This document shows, one piece after another, positions 60,271 through 64,000 of a stretch of 64,000 nt of DNA. Both the position numbers and the translations under genes were made by a program. Within the stretch, counting starts at the first letter, position 1, and each line of letters opens with the position of its first letter. The stretch is from assembly GCF_963506605.1 (NCBI RefSeq), contig NC_083288.1:28706001-28770000 (forward strand). The letters are read 5' to 3'. This DNA is from Zootoca vivipara. Lineage: Eukaryota. The notes under the pieces are model-generated. The model was not told the origin of the DNA. It ran no database searches and saw only the letters and a list, made by a program, of their open reading frames with translations.

Positions 60271-61109
60271 CTTTCTGAAGTTACTCCACAACTAAAACTT
60301 ATGACCACAGTGAATAACATTGCAAAAACTAACTTGAAGGTAGAATACCGGTAACTGCTAAATATCAGTCAATGTGAAATGCCATGTTGATTTCATATAA
60401 TTCCTCCAGCAGAATTTATGTAGCATCCTTGTCAGTATTATTATTTAGTATATTTATACATCAACATTATTTAGCACTTTTGTGTCCCAGCTTTCTTCAA
60501 CCATTGATATTTATGGAGTTTCAAGGCTGACTTCCATTTGGGCAGTGATCAGTCCTAGGCCTGTTTAACATTAGCAATTTGGCGTTATCATTTATTCCCA
60601 GACCATGCCATAACATGGGAGATGTGGAGCTATCACAAATGGTCCATGACCAAAAAAGTCACAACTCTGTTGCCATCTACCAACTTGTTTAAAGAGGGGT
60701 GAGGCTGCTTCAGATTTATCTGTAGTTTTAAGACATAGAGACTGTCTTGAAGTTCTTGGCAAAAGCACCTTTTGAAGAAGCCTCCCCCTCCCTTTCTGAA
60801 ATATTCTTTCTGAGGCTCTTCTCCATATCTCCTTCAATGTCAGATGTCCAGCAGGTGGGCACAGAACATAGGCCTCCTTTGGCATCCAAAATCTGGAACA
60901 AGTCCCCATTGATGCTTTCAGTTAGATGGCTATAGTTATACAATAGATGGGCCCATTTAAATGTCACAGAGTTGTGATCACAATTTCACAATCTCAAATA
61001 TTCGCCTTTAAGATCGATAGGAGACAAATCAACTGAGACAGTAAGCTGGGATAGAGGGATACGGGAATTACATCAAAGGCCCAGGATCTGTAGTCTGTAA
61101 CAGTTTGCT

Positions 61110-61292
61110 TTAAGAAGAAGAAGAGTTTGATATTCTGCTTTATCACTACCTTAAGGAGTCTCAAAGTGGCTAACAATCTCCTTTCCCTTCCTACCCCACA
61201 GCAAACACTATGTGAGGTGAGAGGGTGAGAGACTTCAGAGAAGTGTGACTAGCCCAAGGTCACCCAGCAGCTGCATGTGGAGGAGCAGAGAT
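61110..61292 (-). mobile_element. Squam3-like SINE, 3' part
   Basis: Reverse-complement match to ~26460-26650. Confidence 0.8.
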
Positions 61293-61300
61293 CACATTAC

Positions 61301-61902
61301 TGTGGGAATACCACATTGGAAACAAAGACAAAGGACCAAAGATTCAACCAGCAAATCTCTGGGAGGAAAAGTGCATCTCTCTTCCCCTTCGCCAGATCTT
61401 TTTATTACAATATCAAAAGGTTACAAAGATTCAAATCATCCAATAGAATTCATCCTAAGTTCTAAAACCCCTCCCAGGTTTCCTCCCACCTTGAATCTGA
61501 TACTGTTGGGAGAATCTGGAACTAACACCAAGATGCTAAAAAGACTTCCTAAACTTCAAAGAGACTACATCTAAAGAAAGGAAAGAGCCCAGGAATTCTT
61601 GCATAGATTAACAGTGTCTTGTCAGAAAACAGGTTTGTCAGCTTTTCAAAGGCTAACAGGAAAGAAGGAAGATTAACAGATGCCCTTTTACCCAGATCTA
61701 TTGAGCCAAATGTTTTACAGCCAGGCATGAAACAAATGGCAACAAATGCCTGTTTCTTGCAACCCAGACTGAAACGTGTTTTAAAGGTGGAAAGAGATGG
61801 AGTCAGTAATCATCCCAGAAACCTATGTCCAAGACCAGGATTTTCATAATTCAGGCAGCAGAGGTATATCAAGGGAGCCACCAAGCTCAGACATCCTCTA
61901 CA
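61301..61902 (-). mobile_element. LTR-like sequence
   Basis: Begins TGTGGG where the SINE is cut; AATAAA on minus near 61400. No TSD found, so the right end is uncertain. Confidence 0.4.
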
Positions 61903-62322
61903 GGCACACATAATTATGAGTACCTGATTCCCTTCCATAGATCACTAGAAAGTCACCACTACATCTCATCCTTTTTAATTTAATTTTGTTTGCAGAAGAA
62001 AGTTTCCTGCCTTTAGGACAATAAGGGCATCGCATCCTCATCACATTCCTGTAGATGATGCCTGAATAACAGAGATCCAAGAGATTCCTGAGGTAGATTG
62101 AGAAAGACAAAGGGAACATGAAGAAAGAATACAATATGAAAACATCAATTACTAACTGAGATTAATAACTCATATGTGATCATAAATTCTACCTAAGCAA
62201 ACTTATAAACCCTAGCAATCCTAAAATAAACAATTACCCATAATACCAAGATTGAAACTAGACTACATTATATCAGGAAAATATTGAATAGACATAAGCA
62301 TACAACAATATCAATATAAAAC

Positions 62323-64000
62323 TGTTGTAAAAATTTGCAGAGCTACACGGTCCTAGAATTAAGTGGATCCTTGACCCAGGAAGAGTCCAGGTATCCTGGC
62401 AGGCAGACGAAGTTTGAGCGTCTCCTGCCTACCAAATAACAGAGGCCAAACCAGGACGTACGAAGCAAGGTACTTTATTAATTAAATAATAAAGCTATTG
62501 CAATAGCGATCCGTCCACACAAGCAAGTTGAAGTGAAGGGACCCCGAACAAAGGAAGCTTCACAAATTTATAGGTTTCATTTCCAATAGTACAGAATTGC
62601 ATAAAAGGTGGGGAAATGGGTTCTGGGAGGGGGTAATCGCGAGAGGACAAAGGGGTTGATGGAATTCTTGATGTAAGATATCATGGTGATAGTCCAGGTA
62701 ATGATTATGCATGTCTCCTTATTGTTTGACAGGAAGACTCTGCGGATGTGGGAAGATTGTTGATAACACCTGTTTATCAAATAAAATTGTTGTTCTCACT
62801 GAAAGTGTGTATTTGAGTCGTGCTCTTTTAGACTGGCTAGGTGGCAGTGTGGTATCAAGAAGAAGTGGAAACAGTCCGTAAAATATGTTGTGCCACAGAG
62901 GTGCCTATTAACTTGCAACAAAGTTTATACAAATATTCAACGTTTGCAATAGAGAGAAAAGACTACACTTAAAGTTAAAGAAGAAGAAGATATTATACAG
63001 TAACTAATAATACACAGAGAGGATACAATTCTAACAGCGGTAAAACGTTCACAGTTCAGAGCGATGTTTGACAGCTTATAACATTTTATCAAGGACAACG
63101 AACTAAAAGCTTAGAAGGGTGCATAAGTGGAAACCTTTGCAAATAGTAGAGTCAAACAATTAATTCTTCAGGATGGCAGGATTTTTTAAACAGGTACAAT
63201 TTGATAGAAAGGTTCAAGGTATCAGTGCAAGGTTATATTATTGCGGTTTCGTAAATAGATACAGTTTCATACAGAGTAGAGAATAGGGAGATGCATCGGG
63301 TAACATGATAGAGGACACCATAACATTACTAAAGGAACAACGGAATAGTTTATTAGGGATAAATATATATATCTTAAAAAGGTCCATGGTTCAGCTGAAT
63401 CTGGGTCATGAAAAGTACAAGGGAGGGCACCTCAGGCGGGGATTTGGGAGGGTGGAAGTTCCGAGAATGGGTGATCGTTATCGTTTTTGGTTATCTGGCT
63501 GGAGGTGCGATTATGCAAGTTTCCATGTGGGTGTGAGACAGGATTTAGCAATGGGTTATGTAAAAGGGTGCGTGTGTTTTCCAAGAGGTCTGGAGGAACT
63601 GTCTGGGTCAGCAGGGGATTAATTTACCTTGATACGGCAGAATAGGCTTCTCTTGACTTTTGAACCATGAAGTCAAGAAAATGGCTTCTCTCTGGCTAAA
63701 CTGTCCCCTCTCTGTACATTGGTAGTCTCGTAATGCATGGGGGCAAATTCCTCTTACCCTGCCCCTTATAACATTTCCCCTCTCTGCGGATTAATTTTTA
63801 AGTAATTAAAAATTATTTCCGCACACCGGGGTAATGTACTCCCCACTCCCAAGGTGGAACATCGGTACTATCTCGGGGAACTCAGGGGAAGGACATAACG
63901 GAGCTTGAAAGGAGGTTGGGGAGGGCTTTTGTCTGCGGGGAGTTAACATAGCCGGGAAACATTGGAGGCAACAGCAAAGGGAGGTAAGGAGGAGGATCAA
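62323..64000 (-). mobile_element. Endogenous retrovirus 3' end: env C-terminus, PPT and ~1.45-kb 3' LTR
   Basis: ORF to 63806 has a hydrophobic stretch plus CCCLQC tail. PPT AGAGAGGGGAAA (63774-63785) is followed by TGTTAT (63773). TATA (~62568), AATAAA (~62476) and ...CAACA end at 62323. Confidence 0.75.

Overview
Vertebrate genomic DNA, inferred to be a squamate and probably a lacertid lizard (Sauria SINEs, Squam3-type SINE with a (CTT)n tail, BovB, Rex1, Ngaro/DIRS relics). The window is a tandem cluster of class II (gamma) olfactory receptor (OR) genes, numbered OR1-OR9 here by position. It has 8 intact intronless ORFs (7 on -, 1 on +), 1 copy with a single-base homopolymer frameshift, and 2 heavily decayed OR relics. 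The genes are interspersed with many transposable elements, two N gaps and the 3' end of an endogenous retrovirus at the right edge. Signals beyond the gene list: (1) a fixed-spacing ~32-bp homeodomain + Ebf + Ebf-like module 1.2-2.7 kb upstream of all nine ORs, plus a tenth orphan copy with no gene; (2) an intact minimal type I hammerhead ribozyme motif in sense orientation inside the inferred 5' intron of OR5; (3) a six-unit hairpin array with covarying stems in an Ngaro-like repeat; (4) an 874-bp-period tandem duplication with an inverted templated junction; (5) mosaic, gene-conversion-like relationships between neighbouring ORs. All calls are by eye with no database searches, and repeat boundaries are approximate unless target-site duplications (TSDs) are quoted.
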